Below, in pieces: positions 59,808-64,000 of a DNA stretch of 64,000 bases (positions within the stretch are counted from its first letter, which is position 1; every line of letters begins with the position of its first letter). The stretch comes from an uncultured Acidobacteriota bacterium. Its GTDB lineage: Bacteria > Acidobacteriota > Vicinamibacteria > Marinacidobacterales > SMYC01. The position numbers were made by a program, and so were the translations under genes. The DNA is taken from contig CAMYKY010000004.1 in NCBI GenBank assembly GCA_947259165.1, positions 10,733 to 74,732 of the forward strand, written 5' to 3'. A model generated the notes under the pieces. That model was not told where the DNA came from. It searched no databases and worked only from the letters and a program-made list of their open reading frames with translations.

Positions 59808-60450
59808 AGCTTCTTCTCCCTTATCTCCCACTTGCCTCGGAACGTGATCCAAAACGAGAGGGCGATCAGTTTGATGTCTAGCCAGAAAGATTGATTTTCG
59901 ACGTAGAGTCGATCGTAGCGAAATTTATGTCGCCGCGGCAGGTCGCGCGGCGCATAAATCTGGGCGATACCGGTCAGACCGGGAGTGACGCTATGGCGCA
60001 TCGCGAAACCCGGGATGGTCGAAAGTGCAACCGGCGCGCCCGACGCTCCCACTTCCACTTCAGCGCTCGCGAGGGCGCGCGGGCCGACGAACGACATGTC
60101 ACCCCGAAAGATGTTCCACAGCTGTGGCAGCTCGTCCATGGCGGTGCCACGCAAAAGTCGACCGACGGGTGTAATTCTCGGATCCCGTTCGCTCGCCTGC
60201 ACGGCTCCGAACCGTTTGTCGGCGTCGGGAACCATCGAGCGAAACTTGAGACCGCGGAAAGTTCTTCCGCCTTTGCCAACCCGATCCTGGCTAAAGAACA
60301 CCGGGCCGCCGTCCGACAATTTCACCGCAGCCGCGATGAGACTCGCAAGGGGCAAAGCAACGACGAGCCCAATGCCCGACAGCATCACGTCAAGACCTCG
60401 CTTCGCAAGAGGCCCGACGATGTTGCCGCTCGTGAGAACCGACGTCGGTA
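59804..60450 (-). CDS. Priming phosphoglycosyltransferase (Bac_transf, small monotopic PGT)
   Basis: KRGLD, GPVFFSQDRVG, KFRSM, DPRIT, DELPQLWNI.RGDMSFVGPR, PGLTG.AQ. Start coordinate approximate. Confidence 0.9.
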
Positions 60451-61646
60451 TCGAGTGGCTCTCCCTTGAAGAGCTCTCCGTAGGCACGGACTTGTTTTCT
60501 GCGATCGAATCGAACACCGGCTCGTCGAGCATTCTGACCGAGTCTCTCGGCGAGCTCTCGATCGCGGTAAAAGCGCGTGATCTCATGAACCAACCCTCCC
60601 ACATCACCCGGGGTAATGACCGAGCCGCAATCGTACTCGGTAGTGATCGCCGCAACTTCTGTCTTCGCCTCCACCGCGGCGACATAGGGACGCCCCGCGG
60701 CCAGAATTCCATAGAGCTTGCTAGGGACGATGTAGCCCGCCAACCCGGGCTTTAGCGAAACGATAAAAACGTCAGCGGTGGCATACGAGTCCCGCAAGCT
60801 CTCACGAGGCTGATACGGCAAAAAGACGACATTGTCGAGCTCCCGGCGCGCGACCTCGCTCTGAAGGGCCTCGCGACGAACCCCGTCACCGACAATCAGA
60901 AAGACCACATCGCGCTCGCTCACGATTATAGAAGCGGCCTCGATCAAACAATCTAGATTCTGGGACAGGCCAATATTGCCGGAATGCATGACGACGAATT
61001 TGTCGGCGAGCCCATGGGCCCGGGAGAACTCGTTGTCTTTCGGTGCCGGTGAAATCGCCTCGGTATCCGCCCAGTTGTGAATCACCGAAACTTTGGACGG
61101 ATCCGCATTTTTTCCCTCGACGAGACGACCCTTCATCGTGTCACCGAGGGCAACGATTCGATCGGCACGCTTGACCAGAAAACAGTTCACCTGTTGCAAG
61201 ATGGCGTTGACGGTCTCGCTACGGAAATCCTCGAGGAGAGTCGCGACTTCCGGGAAGATGTCCTGGCACAAGAAGACGAATCGTGCGCCCATGCGCTTGG
61301 ACGTCATCCATGCTACCAGGCCGATGATTGGGGGATCGGTCAGTGCCACGACGATGTCCGCACGTGGTAAACGCAGCGACACCCAAAAAGCCACGAGAAA
61401 ATAGGTGACATAGTTCGCAAACCGTCCCAAAAAACCGCGTCGGGCGAGTCGCGTGCCGCGGGCGCGAACGATTCTCACGCCTTCGTGGGTGATGGCGTCC
61501 GGCTTCGAGCCGTCCGGCGAAGGCCCGGAGACCACCGTGACGTCGAAGCCGTGCTCTCGCACCAGATCCTGGGTGAGCTCGGTCAGTAGCTGGCCGGTCG
61601 CACCGGTGTCAGGGTAGTAAGAGCGATTAAAGAATACGATCCGCAT
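60390..61646 (-). CDS. GT4 glycosyltransferase (WbuB/WcaI-like)
   Basis: NRSYYPD, QDIFPE, HNWAD, HSGNIG.SQ, VPSKLYG. Confidence 0.92.
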   Translation of the reverse strand: MRIVFFNRSYYPDTGATGQLLTELTQDLVREHGFDVTVVSGPSPDGSKPDAITHEGVRIVRARGTRLARRGFLGRFANYVTYFLVAFWVSLRLPRADIVVALTDPPIIGLVAWMTSKRMGARFVFLCQDIFPEVATLLEDFRSETVNAILQQVNCFLVKRADRIVALGDTMKGRLVEGKNADPSKVSVIHNWADTEAISPAPKDNEFSRAHGLADKFVVMHSGNIGLSQNLDCLIEAASIIVSERDVVFLIVGDGVRREALQSEVARRELDNVVFLPYQPRESLRDSYATADVFIVSLKPGLAGYIVPSKLYGILAAGRPYVAAVEAKTEVAAITTEYDCGSVITPGDVGGLVHEITRFYRDRELAERLGQNARRAGVRFDRRKQVRAYGELFKGEPLDTDVGSHERQHRRASCEARS

Positions 61647-61649
61647 GCG

Positions 61650-64000
<2,351 letters not shown>

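Noticed and set aside
60451-60712. N-terminal extension of the priming PGT ORF
   Set aside because: Overlaps the conserved GT4 coding region; family similarity begins only near KRGLD.

Overview
GC-rich, gene-dense bacterial chromosomal window; gene content suggests Acidobacteriota, which is an inference. Contents in order: (1) the end of an Omp85/BamA-like gene, then a secreted atypical-kinase-like protein; (2) a GH20 hexosaminidase pseudogene; (3) an ATL/Ada-like/2OG-Fe(II) triple fusion; (4) an 11-gene chemosensory operon (mcp-cheW-cheR-cheA-cheB-cheY-cheX-GAF-REC-DUF4388/REC-PilZ) behind a sigma54 promoter with an IHF site; (5) housekeeping and transport genes (rnd, TonB-dependent receptor, pyc, xth, lhgO, pepA, acs, trkAH, Ser/Thr kinase); (6) from about 50.7 kb, an exopolysaccharide locus. 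The most striking feature is a candidate RiPP system inside the EPS locus. A sigma54-driven wzc-nucleotidyltransferase-HPr-kinase-like-RRE(PqqD)-radical SAM gene run converges on a small Cys-containing precursor gene that has a KKKYxxPxI leader and a C-terminal Ser. Several families of short intergenic repeats are present, including a 101-bp identical pair, one copy of which now encodes the RNase D C-terminus. No rRNA, tRNA or CRISPR array was seen. All calls come from motif recognition by eye; no searches were run.
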